A stretch of 64,000 nucleotides of DNA, from NCBI RefSeq assembly GCF_006345805.1, contig NC_043014.1, forward strand, positions 48,298,001 through 48,362,000, read 5' to 3'. How positions within the stretch are numbered: position 1 is the first letter of the stretch; each line of letters starts with the position of its first letter. Below are positions 11,188-22,684 of the stretch, piece after piece. This DNA comes from Octopus sinensis. Its lineage: Eukaryota. The translations under genes and the position numbers were made by a program. The notes beneath the pieces were generated by a model, which saw only the letters and a list, made by a program, of their open reading frames with translations, did no database searches and was not told the origin of the DNA.

Positions 11188-12145
11188 TCATCATCATCGT
11201 TGTTTAACATCCGTTTTCCATGCTAGCATGGGTTGGACGGTTCGACTGGGGTCTGGGAAGCCAGGAAGCTATACCAGGCTCCAGTCTGATCTGGCAGTGT
11301 TTCTACAGCTGGATGCCCTTTCTAATGCCAACCTTGCCGTGAGTGTAGTGGGTGCTTTTTATGTGTCACTGGCACAGGGACCAGGGGAGACTGGCAATGT
11401 CCACAATTGGGTGGTGCTTTTTATGTGGCACTGGCTCAGGGGCCAGAGGAGACTGGCAATGTTCACGATCGGGCGGTGCTTTTTACATGCCACCGGCACA
11501 GACGCCAGTCAAGGCGGCGCTGGGATCAGCCACATTCAGATGGTGTGTTTTACGTCATCATCATCATCATTTAATGTCCGTCTTCCATGCTGGGATAGGT
11601 TGTACAGTTTGACAGGAGCTGATAAGTCAAAGGACTACACCAATCTCCACTGTTTTGGCACAGTGCTTTTTATATGGTACCAGCACCAGCGAGGTCTTCT
11701 TTGGCATGGTTTTAACAGCTGGATGCCCTTCCGAATGCCAAGCACTTTACAGTGTGGACTGGATATTTTTTTTACGTGGCACTAGCACTGGTGAGGTCAC
11801 CAAGTAACACACACACACACAACAAGCTTCATCCGTTTCCATCTACCAGTTTCACCACAAGGTCCTGGTGAACCTGTGGCTACAGTACAGGACGTCAGCT
11901 GACAGTGTCTCCACAGCGGGACACAACACCACCAAGAAATTCCTCTCTCTTTTTCGGAGAGGCACTGAGCAGCTATACGCACACATACACACATGGCAGT
12001 AACTTCCACCTACCGAATTCAATCACAAAGCTCCGGTCGGCTCGGGGCTATAGTGGAAGACACCTACCCAAAGTGCCACGCAGTGGGACTGAACCCGAAA
12101 CCATGTAGCTAGGAAGCAAGCTCCCTAACCACACAGCCATGCCCA
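11188..12145 (-). mobile_element. Cluster of RTE 3'-end fragments plus a partial SINE A
   Basis: (CAT)n tails at 11188 and 11556 followed by the reverse complement of the RTE 3' UTR; SINE A head at ~12000-12145. Confidence 0.75.
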
Positions 12146-12246
12146 ACAAGTGTAATTTGAAAAGTGAATATATTAAACACTGTTTTGAAAAATTCTGTTC
12201 TGGAGAGATAGTAAGTGTAGCAGAGAAGTGAAATGATATGATTTAC

Positions 12247-12369
12247 CTTGGCGCCAACGTTTTCGTGATTCGGTGGGTATTTGTATTTATAAAAGCCACA
12301 GGGTGCATTGCCTAAGAAAATCCCATTGATCTCTTCTCCACACAACTCTCTCAGGACCCGCTCTGCAGT
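12247..12369 (-). CDS. MRPL46: MRPL46 exon 5
   Basis: tttag|ACT...AAG|gtaaat, 123 nt, phase 0/0; TAERVLRELCGEEINGIFLGNAPCGFYKYKYP...VGAK contains the mL46 signature FLGNAPCG. Confidence 0.95.
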
Positions 12370-12457
12370 CTAAACAACAAAGAAAACCAACAATAATATT
12401 TTGTTCCCCTTTTTTGTCATAATTTATTTGCTGCTGCTGCTACTACTACTACTACCA

Positions 12458-12920
12458 ATAATAATAATAATAATAATAATCCTTTCTATTATAGGCACAA
12501 GGCCTGAAATTTTGGAAGGAGTGGGGTTAGCCGATTTACATCGACCCCAGTGTTTCACTGGTACTTGATTTATCGACCCTGAAAGGATAAATGGCAAAGT
12601 CAACCTTGGTGGAATTTGAACTCAGAATGAGAAGACTGATGAAGTCATGCTAAGCATTTTATCAGGAGTGCTAACGACTCTGCCAGCGAGTGGCAGAATT
12701 GTTAGCATGTTGGACAAATTGCTTAGTAATATTTCACCAATCTTCATGTTCTGAGTTCAAATTCCACTGAGGTTGACTTTGCCTTTTATCCTTTTGGAGG
12801 CAACAAAATAAGTACCGGTCATATACTGGAGTCAATGTAATTGACTAGCTTTAGCTTCCTTCCCACAAAACGTTAGGCCTTGTGCCTATAGTAGAAAGGG
12901 TCACCATTATTATTACTTCT
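12458..12920. mobile_element. Two family-E tRNA-derived SINEs in inverted head-to-head arrangement
   Basis: CCTTTCTATTATAGGCACAAGGCCT (12481) mirrored by AGGCCTTGTGCCTATAGTAGAAAGG (~12876-12900); junction CTGCCA-GCGAG-TGGCAG at ~12681-12697; (AAT)n/(ATT)n tails face outward. Confidence 0.85.
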
Positions 12921-13459
12921 ATTTTTTGTGTGGCCAATGAAGGGGCCTCTGTCTATGGTGGTTAAGTATGTTAGAAATAACTGTCTTTCTTGTTTTAAGA
13001 TAGTAGGGTGTGAGTTGAGGGAGATTTGGCTGTTATGTCTAGCAAGCAGGTCCACAGACTAAATCAGTCATGGGGTACCTGTGGCCCGTGGGACTTTCTG
13101 AATGGCACACACTGAATTTCTTCAGAAGTGTGGCTCACTTAATGATGAGCCATGTCTCATGCAGCCCACTTCCTGCAAAAGATTGTCCCTTCCTGGGCCA
13201 GGAGTTCCTTTATTGGCTCAGTTTACATCATCATTTAATACCCGTTGTCCATGCTGGCATGGGTTGGATGGTTTGAGCAGGGTTGGTAAGCTGAGGATCT
13301 GTACAAGACTCCAATCTGATTTGGCATGGTTTCTATGGCTGGATGCCCTTCCTAATGCCAACCACTACAAGAATGCACAGGGTGTCTTTACGTGCACGGG
13401 GGACAGTTGCATGACACCAGCATCTGCCACAACTACAATTTCACCTGGCTTGATGGGTC

Positions 13460-13808
13460 GGATCTTTTCACTTTGACCGGCAAATTTTTAAAATAATTTC
13501 TTTGTAACTAAACACTTTTAAACTTCGTATACTGGTAGAACGTGTTACATAAAACATCTTTTTCTCTTGGCTTTCTTGAGAAAATTCTGTAGTTTGTAAG
13601 CTATTTCTTGCATTTCAGCAATTTCAACCAATCAATGACGTCTATTGAGGTGAATACAATTTCTGCTGTTCTTTGTCAACAACATTTTCTGGCAGTGTCA
13701 AGAGAAAAAGATGTTTTATGTAACACATTCTACCAGTATACGAAGTTTAAAAGTGTTTAGTTACAAAGAAATTATTTTAAAAATCTGCCAGTCAAAGTGA
13801 AATGATCC
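13460..13808. mobile_element. GG-terminated MITE with 8-bp TSD (Merlin-like), inserted in a minus-strand RTE fragment (13226-13960)
   Basis: TIR GGATCTTTTCACTTTGAC.../...GTCAAAGTGAAATGATCC; TSD GATGGGTC at 13452-13459 and 13809-13816. Confidence 0.85.
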
Positions 13809-14554
13809 GATGGGTCTTCTCAAACATAACATATTGCCGAAGGTCTCAGACATCTGTCATTGCCTCCATGAGGCCCAATGCTCGAAAGGTGCTTCTTACA
13901 TGCCACCAGCATGGGTGCTGGTTATGCAGCACCAGCATGGCCACATTGCCTCCTGTTTTTATTTTACATTTTGTTTCTTGTTGATGACTAAATTGTCATT
14001 TACAAATGAGGATATTGTAAGAAGGCTATGATTATGTTAATGAGACAACATTAAATTAATCATTGTAGTAATTAATACTATTAGTCTGTGATTAATGACT
14101 GCTAATTATACAACGTTAACTTTATTTTTGTGGTAATTAATGTCCAGCAAGCAGACAAATAATATTTGTATTGCATAACTTTGCTTGGAACACCAACCCA
14201 GACACATCCAGCTTATCTGTCTATCCTTCCTCTTCTTAATCTAGGCTGCCATACTAACCATTTCTCCACTCCTTCCTCTCTCAGCACCAATACGCAGAAA
14301 CCAATTTCCTTCCTTAACTGCATACCAACCATACCAGTAATACTGGGTGGCATCAGAATATCTGGTACACTGGCATGAGAATATCTGGTACACTGTCCCT
14401 TCGCTCTCCTCTTTAAACCACAAGGAAGGAAAAGCTGTCAGCATCCCATGACTGAACCCCCCACCACCACCACTGCCAACAGCTACTGCATATCATGGAC
14501 ATTATATAAAATGCTACATTTAGTAGTCCTACAAATTAACCCCACGGTCCCTCG

Positions 14555-15000
14555 TCTTGACTTGACTTGACTTGAGACAGCATTCACCCGGGGTGGGCTG
14601 AGCTGGCTTCATTCATCCTCAATACTGCATCTCTCACAAACGACGACCAGGCCTGGCGATTTGAAGCTAACGACCGCGTGATCTCCAACCACTCCTCATT
14701 CCAGTGGCGAACACCGTAGATATAGGAGCCTAGGTTTCAGATCAGCCTTGACTGTCATCAGCCAGGTTTTTTGTTGTCCACCACATCGCTTTCGCGAACC
14801 CTGAAGGAGAGCAGGGGCAATTGCTTCGTAGATGAATTCTCCTGGTTGACGACGGAGGGCATGACCCAGCCAACGCAGACGTCTCGTTAGGATGACTTGT
14901 CGGAGGGAGGTGATTCTGCACTGGTGTCGCACCAAATTGTTGGAGACAAAGTGATGCCATCGGACACGAAGGATGAAGCGTAGATAGAGGTGATCGAAGT
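14555..15000 (-). mobile_element. 3' fragment of a second RTE LINE family with (CAAGT)n tail
   Basis: ORF 14696-14935 reads RRLRWLGHALRR...RKRCGGQQKTWLMTVKADL; CTTGA repeats at 14556-14575. Confidence 0.8.
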
Positions 15001-15483
15001 CCCTGGTCTTAAATTCACATCTAATGTATATCTTAGATCAAATATAAAACACATCTAATATTGGGCTACCTAAGGGTAGACCAAGAATGAAATGGTTAGA
15101 TAAAATCCTTAATCTCAGATGGCCACATTTGGGAATCCTGCTGGAAAGTGTCATGACAGTTGCTTCTGATACAACCCTATAGAGAAGGTACTTAAGGCTT
15201 TACTCCAACGCCCCTCCCAATAATAGTGGGCATAGAAGATGGATGGATAGATATCTATCTAAGAACGTTCAATCCATTCCATAGAACTTTGATGATTTCC
15301 AAAATGACTCACAAAAAAATTGGCTTCTACTTGAATTTCAAATAAATTTTAAATGTTAAGACAAACAGACATGACTTTAAAATGCTCAAGTTGTTTCTTC
15401 ATAAAAGACTTCAGTAAATAAAATATTTCCACATAATTAGTAACCAAAACAAAAAAATTAATTAATTAACAACAAAAACATAC

Positions 15484-15626
15484 CTCTCTCATTGATTCAC
15501 CTTGTTGGTGCACACCTTGAGGCAATATCCAAAATTCTTTGGAACCTAACTTCTGTTTTGCAAGCAATATTAACTTAGCATCACATTTTCTTTGTAGAGA
15601 TCTTGTGTCTCCTTTTTTGTCTGCTT
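15484..15626 (-). CDS. MRPL46: MRPL46 exon 4 (absent from the ORF track)
   Basis: ttttcag|AA...GAG|gta, 143 nt, phase 1/0; EADKKGDTRSLQRKCDAKLILLAKQKLGSKEFWILPQGVHQQGESMRE matches mL46 EADEKNDRTSLNRKLD...WILPQ...GETLR. Confidence 0.95.
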
Positions 15627-16900
15627 CTGAAAAGAAATTATAAGATCCCCAATGTATCTTTTGAAGCTGTGCAGTCTTAAACAGGCAGTAAATAGCATAG
15701 GATTCTTAGAAAATGAAATCATTCAATATATAAATCATCATCATCGTTTAAAGTCCGCTTTCCATGCTAGCATGAGTTGGACGGTTTGATCGGGGTCTGG
15801 GAAGCCAGGAGGCTGCACCAGGCCCAGTCTGATCTGGCAGTGTTTCTACAGCTGGATGCCCTTCCTAACGCCACAATGTATGTATAAATAAATATATATA
15901 TGTACACATATGTTTATGCATATGTATATTATGTATGCATATTAATAACTTAGTAGTTCAGCAATAGAGGCTGACAAAATAAGTACCAGGCCTAAAAAAA
16001 ATAAATAAGTGCTGGGGTTGATTTGACTAAAAACCTTGAAAGACGTGCCCCAGTATGGCTACAGTCCAATGACTGAAGCAAGTAACAGATAAAAGTTACT
16101 TCAGTTGCTCGATAAAAATAGAATAATTTAACATCAGCTGAATTCGTTGTCAAGAAAAACGGGAAGAACAGAATCAAAGAGACAAGTAATTTAGCTTAAT
16201 ACACAGTTGCGTCCCTTTGCTCTATGAAATGTCGGCAAGTCCGAGCTTTTGATTTCCGTTCAGAAGCATTTCATTCCACTTGAAAAAAGAATGAACACCA
16301 CTGTAATACAATTAAATGTTTAAGGTGTCGTACTTATGTAGGAAAATATTTCTTGTTTGTTTGTTGTTGTTTAGCCCTGATTGAGCAGATCTATACGAAA
16401 GGCATCCCAACCATGCCCACCCTGCCTTTTTTCTCGGACAGAAATCTACGTTATGCAATGCGTCACTTTGTTATTTAGATGCCTTTTGAAGGAAATTTGG
16501 CGGTTATTTCTAGCAAAAGAAGAGACATTATAGTAACTAGTGGAATACTGCCTCAATGTTTGGAATGTCTGACTTTATTATCTCCAGCATCAATAAATAC
16601 CACATTCGATACAAACATACCGTAGGTGATTGTTCACCAATAGATGGCAGCACAGGTTTTGAAAACATACCATTTTGAGCCTACACTGATCCTTCAGCTA
16701 TGCATCCTGTCGAGTAACATTACTTCCAAGATCCTTTGGTGGGACCTTATTTCTTCTGAATCTTTTGGTAATTACCTAACATTCATAACCCTGGCTGAAG
16801 ATATGCACAAAGACCAAAATCTTGTGTGTTAAATGAAACTAATTTCAACAAGCAACTTCAACAAAAACATTTACTAAGAATTAATTTCAAGTTGTCATAC

Positions 16901-17028
16901 CAGTCAGTTGGGATGGGAACTGGAAACTGTTGAATTCTGCTTCCCATAAGTCTTCAAATTCTGCCGTGGTTTTCCGAGCAGTTTCCTCTTCTTCTTTCAC
17001 ACCTTCTTTCTGTGTCTTCAGAATTTTT
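16901..17028 (-). CDS. MRPL46: MRPL46 exon 3
   Basis: ttttcag|A...ACTG|gtatga, 128 nt, phase 2/1; KILKTQKE...TTAEFEDLWEAEFNSFQFPSQLT. Confidence 0.92.
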
Positions 17029-17317
17029 CTGAAAATAACATCACAAATGAAATCTACAGTTAGATATATTATGATATTACTTAATAATAATTGTTTCAAA
17101 TTTTGGCACAAGGCCGGTAACTTTTTATTTTTTGGTTGAAGGTAGTTGATTACATTGATCGCTGTGCTAGGACGAAAAGCAAAGATCACCATAGCAGAAT
17201 TTGAACTCAAAACGTAAAGAGCTAGAAAAAATGCCACAAGGCATTTTGTCTAATGATTCCACCAGTTTGCTGCCTCAACCCTTTTGTTACCATATTTCTG
17301 TCCACAAAAAAAAAAAA

Positions 17318-17670
17318 ATCAAATGGAAATTGTAGTTAAGATACTCGTGCCGGTGACACGTAAAAAGCACCGTCCAAACATGGCAGATGCTAGTGCCCCC
17401 TGACTGGCGTCCGTGTCGGTGACACGTAAAAGCACCAACCGACCGTGGCTGTTTGCCAGCCTCCTCTGGCCCCTGTGCCAGTGGCACGTAAAAAACACCC
17501 ACTACACTCACGGAGTGGTTGGAGTTAGGAAGGACATCCAGCTGTAGAAACACTGCCAGATCAGACTGGAGCCTGGTGCAGCCTCCTGGCTTCCCAGACC
17601 CTAGTCGAACCGTCCAACCCATGCTAGCATGGAAAACGGACGTTAAACAATGATGATGATGATGATGATG
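17318..17670 (+). mobile_element. RTE 3'-end fragment inserted in a piggyBac-like MITE
   Basis: Three structured units and a (GAT)n tail; flanked by MITE halves ending AAAGGGTTAA at 17867. Confidence 0.8.
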
Positions 17671-18571
17671 ATTCGCTACCTTTGTTTCAATTAATTTTTA
17701 AGATAATGAAGAATTTAGTAAAATAACTTTTTCAATATCAAGATGAGACCTGGAACAAATTAGCATAAAATTTTCATGGAAGATTATAATTTAGACCACT
17801 TTTAAACAGTAAATTTATGTCATAGAACCTAGGGCAGGCTCAGGTGGGTTGGTATCAAAAGGGTTAAGGATAATGATAATGATATGTTCTGTCTGTGTAC
17901 ATTGATAAATATGCGCTGTATGTGAGTATCTGTAGAGTCGGGAATGGTAATGTACCCTTCTAAACATGTGTAGTGTGTCTATATTTCTACATATGCAAGT
18001 CTCTGGGACTACTAACCTGGGAGGACTCCATCCCCATCAAGCAAGAGCACGAAGCAAGGTGTGTCTATATTTGTAGGGTTAGAAATGGTAAGGCACCCCA
18101 CCAAATTTAATCCTGTCTCTTTATATTCTCAGTTCCAATCACACAACATGATTACTATACCACATATTCCAGTATACAAGTCACACAATATATAGTATAA
18201 ACATGTAGTGTAAACACTCAAACAGCACTACTATCTTTCCAAATTTTGCTGCATTCCACATGGAATTGCTGGTCCTCCAAAATTGTCTTGGTGTCAACCT
18301 ACCTTTTTAATCTGTGAATTTTGGCCAGAAAAATTTGATCTGTATGCCAGAAAATATGGCACTAGATTCAATCACTAACACTAATGTTGTAATAGAGCAG
18401 TGACTAACCAGAGATTGGTGACATATTTTAAGATAAATAATAAGAGATTGCATCACCAAACCTGGTGCAGGTGAAGAATATTTAGTCACATGTTATTCAT
18501 AAGCAAATCTTATCAAATAAGGTTAGGAAAATTTTTTTAAATCATTGAAAAAACATTAAAAAACAACGTAC

Positions 18572-18797
18572 TCATCTTCCTTAAATCTTAGTTCATGATC
18601 AGATAAAGAACTTTTTTCAACCTCTTCTGTCTTTAACATTTTGCCATAATTCTGTTCAAATTCTGATGAAGTGGTCGATAGTGTTGGTAGGCGTTCCAAA
18701 CAAATTGCACTGAACAACATCCAAGGCTTAGAAGCACTGTCTGCTATAGAACGTCTCTGTATGTGATAAAGTTGTTGCATAGGACTGGAGACATGGC
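18572..18797 (-). CDS. MRPL46: MRPL46 exon 2
   Basis: cttacag|GC...GA|gtacgt, 226 nt, phase 1/2; PWMLFSAICLERLP...EKSSLSDHELR matches mL46 PWRLLGALCLQRPP...ERSLYSDHELR. Confidence 0.95.
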
Positions 18798-18914
18798 CTG
18801 TAAGAGAATGCGGTTTAAAAATTAGAAATTTGAAGACAAACATTAAGAATGAAGGAATAAGAGAATGAGAGAATGAATGAACTGCTAAGATTTTCAATGT
18901 AAAGTAATTTATAA

Positions 18915-19700
18915 TCATTAAGACTTTCTGATTTAGGCACAAGGTCAGCAGTTTTAAAGGGTTTATCAATACCTATTTCTTTACTACCCACAAGGGGCTA
19001 AACACAGAGGACAAACAAGGACATACAAACGGATTAGGTCGATTATATTGACCCCAGTGTGTAACTGGTACTTATTTAATCGACCCTGAAAGGATGAAAG
19101 GCAAAGTCAACCTCGGTGGAATTTGAACTCAGAATGTAAAGACAGACGAAATACCGCTAAGCAACTCGCCCAGCGTGCTAATGATTCTGCCAGCTTGGCG
19201 CCTTCAGGTTTTATCAATACCATTGAGACTAGTACATTATTTCTTTAGTCCTGGAGAAATGAAAGGCAAAACTGACTCCAGTGGGAATTGAACTCAGAAT
19301 GTAAAGAGTCAGAAGAAACATCACAAAGCTTTTTGTCAAATGCTCTAACAATTCTGCCAGTTTGTCACCAGAGTTATTAGAGGATTGGGTAGAATACTTC
19401 ACAGTTTTTGTTTCAGTTCTCTGCATTCTAGGTTGAAATTTCACAGAGGTCACCTTTCCCTTACATCATTTTGTAGTCACTAAATAAAATATTGTGGAGG
19501 TTCACGGCTTCGGGGTAAGTGTGTTGGAGTCATGATCATAAGATTGTGGTTTCAATTCCTGGATTGGGTGATGCAGAGTGTTCTTGAGCAAAGCATCTTC
19601 ATTTCATGTTGCTCCAGTTCATTCAGCCGAGACCCACTCAGGGAGGAGTATATAAGGAGTATATAAACACCAGGGAAACCAGGTAACTGGCCCTATGCCC
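18915..19700. mobile_element. SINE cluster (family E copies in both orientations, decayed family D)
   Basis: GGATGAAAGGCAAAGTCAACCTCGGTGGAATTTGAACTCAG core repeated and inverted; decayed tRNA head at ~19495. Confidence 0.7.
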
Positions 19701-19981
19701 CTTACAGAGTAACGTGGACCAACCATAACTAAATAAAGCACCAGTCAAATACTAGTGACCAATTCTTCTCTCTCAAAGAATCAGCTGAGTTGCATCATGG
19801 GAAGGGTCATGAGAGACCACCCACCATGAGGATGTATGTATAATTTATTCTCTAAATCATTCATTTGCATCATTTTAAAGCCCAAATTTCATGCTCATAT
19901 GGGTTGGAACCAGTGAAGTGTATTCCTATATTTTAAATTCTTATTAATTCTAATATATTATCATTACATTTTCAACTTCAT

Positions 19982-20049
<68 letters not shown>

Positions 20050-21189
20050 TGTGTGTGTGTGTGTCCCACCCATGTCAACATGGAAGGTGAACGTTAAACG
20101 ATGATGATGTATGTATGTATGTATTCAGGGGAATATAATCTTACTTGGAAACAGGTCAGAGTTGGCAGTAGGAAGGGTGTCTGGCTGCAGAAAATTTGCC
20201 TCAGCAAATTCCGTCTGACACATGCAAGTATGAAAAAGTGGACGTTCAACGATGTTAATATATATATATGCACATCACAAGTGTCCAAGTCGTCAGTATA
20301 TCACTTCATTTCACACGAATTGACTCTTTTAGCCTCAATTCACACAGCAATGAGTTCGTATCTAGATATATCGTTTATCTACCTGAAGGCCTTACTTTGA
20401 ATAAGTTCCAGTATTTGATAAAATAGGGACCAGACAAATAGTGAGCAGAAGTATTATGATCAACCGTAGGAGCAGAGATGTTTCTAATGAGCCAAGTCAT
20501 ATGTACCGACATTAAAGTCAAACATGAATTATTTGTGAAACAATTCCTTGCTTCGGTTTAAGTCCAGATATTTAAAAGAATGGAACGGCATCGTATGGTG
20601 TCTATGTCGCTCTCAAGGACATCGGCAGGTCAATGGAAGTGAACGGGGTTCAACAGGGAATCGAAACAGTTTCACAATCCTGTTTGAGAAATATTTTCCT
20701 GCAGTAATTCTATAAACGGAGGAATCCTCAAAACGGAGCCACTCGATCTGCTAGAAATAGTTGCCGGGTCTCCCTCAAATCACAGAATACAAACTGGATA
20801 TTATAATCCTATGTACACTACATCCGAATAGAAGGCTTAATGGTCATGGCTGGAACGTTTATGAGTCCAGCTTTGCTAGATTAGGGCCGACCGGGGTTAA
20901 GGGGTTAAATATTACCAATCACTACAAGGGGTCCGACTAGTCACAAAGAACAGCTAACTCTCTTTCATTGACACGCCAACGTCTTAAAAGAAGGGAAAGA
21001 TACATTGGATAATGTAGTCCTAGGTACACTATGTCTGAACAGAAGACAGGATGCTCATAGTAGAAACGTCTTCCTATCGCAGGTCTAAGGGATCAGGGCT
21101 AACTTGTGGCTAAACAACAATCAGAAGCATGCGATCCTCTCCGATCGTCATCCCAAGAATTCTAAATGAATATTTATTTATTAACTTAC

Positions 21190-21253
21190 CACATTTTATC
21201 AAGTTCCCTTTAACTGGGTGGGTAATGGCTCTGAGAAGATATCTGGCCGACAT
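21190..21253 (-). CDS. MRPL46: MRPL46 exon 1 (mitochondrial presequence)
   Basis: ATG at 21253; MSARYLLRAITHPVKGNLIKC is basic and lacks acidic residues; perfect donor G|GTAAGT; phase 1 matches exon 2; total CDS 837 nt. Confidence 0.8.
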
Positions 21254-21630
21254 CACAACATATAAAAGGGTAAACAGTGTCAAAGAAGATAGACAAAGCA
21301 ATACATGTGGACCAAGAAGTGTCTTTGAGTGATGAAACAGATCAACCGGTGTCCAGTGAATATATGCTGTCTTTTATGAAAGGGCCGGGTATAGTCGTTA
21401 AGAAAGGAGTCGACCAGGATCCATAGGAATTGTGACTTTGGAAAGTCATAAATGTCACAACAATAAGCGTCAGTGTGACTATCTGGTTAAAACTCGTTGC
21501 ATCGTAACCATGTGTTTCCTGGTTCGATATCATTACGCGGCAACATGGGGTAGTGTTTTACGCTGTCGCCTCAGTTTGACTGTTGCCTGCGAGAGAAAAT
21601 TGGCGCATGAAATGGTACAGAAGCTCATCG
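21254..21630 (-). promoter_or_regulatory. Likely MRPL46 5' UTR/promoter
   Basis: Unique, CpG-retaining segment directly upstream of the ATG; TSS not determinable. Confidence 0.5.
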
Positions 21631-21632
21631 TA

Positions 21633-21691
<59 letters not shown>

Positions 21692-21824
21692 CGTGTGTGT
21701 GTCCCCAGGGATACAGGCATCCAGCAACAGGACCTCCGTAATGCTATGATGGACTGTGAAGTCTGGCGTAGCATGGTAAATTCCATTGTCTCGACCACGG
21801 TCGAACAATGATGATAGTGAAATG

Positions 21825-21874
21825 TGTACTTACATATAAGAGAACAAAGTGTACGTACGCCGCTATATATATAT

Positions 21875-21917
<43 letters not shown>

Positions 21918-22163
21918 CAAAATGGGACAAGAACGCAAAACATCCGGACAACTAGATGATACAAAAAGGGACAACAAAACATCCAGATAGACGATACAAA
22001 AAAACAAGGACGGGTCATTCGAGGCCTTTTATTCTCAGTCAAGAACCGGATCATCCTCGCAATTTCGGCTGATTAATCTTGAGATTGCTCCAATCTGGCC
22101 AACCCCAAGGAAAAACTAAGCTAAGGGCATTAGATTCTTTGGAAAAAAGCATCGAATGTATAC

Positions 22164-22170
<7 letters not shown>
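21825..22170. mobile_element. Penelope-like/unclassified repeat
   Basis: CAGTCAAGAACCGGATCATCCTCGCAATTTCGGCTGAT also occurs at ~45090-45270. Confidence 0.5.
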
Positions 22171-22204
<34 letters not shown>

Positions 22205-22684
22205 TGGCCAAATGTCACCCTTACATGTAGTCTTAATTTTAATCTTGGTTTTGATGGGAATCTGTATATTATACATAGAGATTTACTGCATTAAAATTCT
22301 GGAGTGTCTTTCGTGTTTTTTTGAACACAATTAATCTTTAGGATAAAGTTTCTTTTTTGCTTTTTATTTACTTTATACATTTTTATTCCTTACTCTCATA
22401 CGATTGATGTTTCAAATAAGTCCAGCAAGTTGTTCGAAGTTGTCTCCCTTTATTTAAAGACCAACGTTATAGCTTATTTCTGCAAGATTTAGTGTCGAGA
22501 TGGTTCGTGGTAAGTCAAGTAATGAAAAACAGCAACGGAAGCTAAAAGTGCATCCATTGTACACAGGATAAAACACAAGACAGAAAAGTGAACGGTAAAA
22601 GAGTCATAAAAAGAAAGGGAACAGGGACATAAGCATGTCAGGAATTGTGTAGGCTAATTGCGAGAAGTTTGGAATTTTTTTAGG

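Noticed and set aside
21342-21533. 63-aa ORF with a hydrophobic stretch upstream of MRPL46
   Set aside because: No homology and TSS unknown; likely a chance ORF in the promoter/UTR
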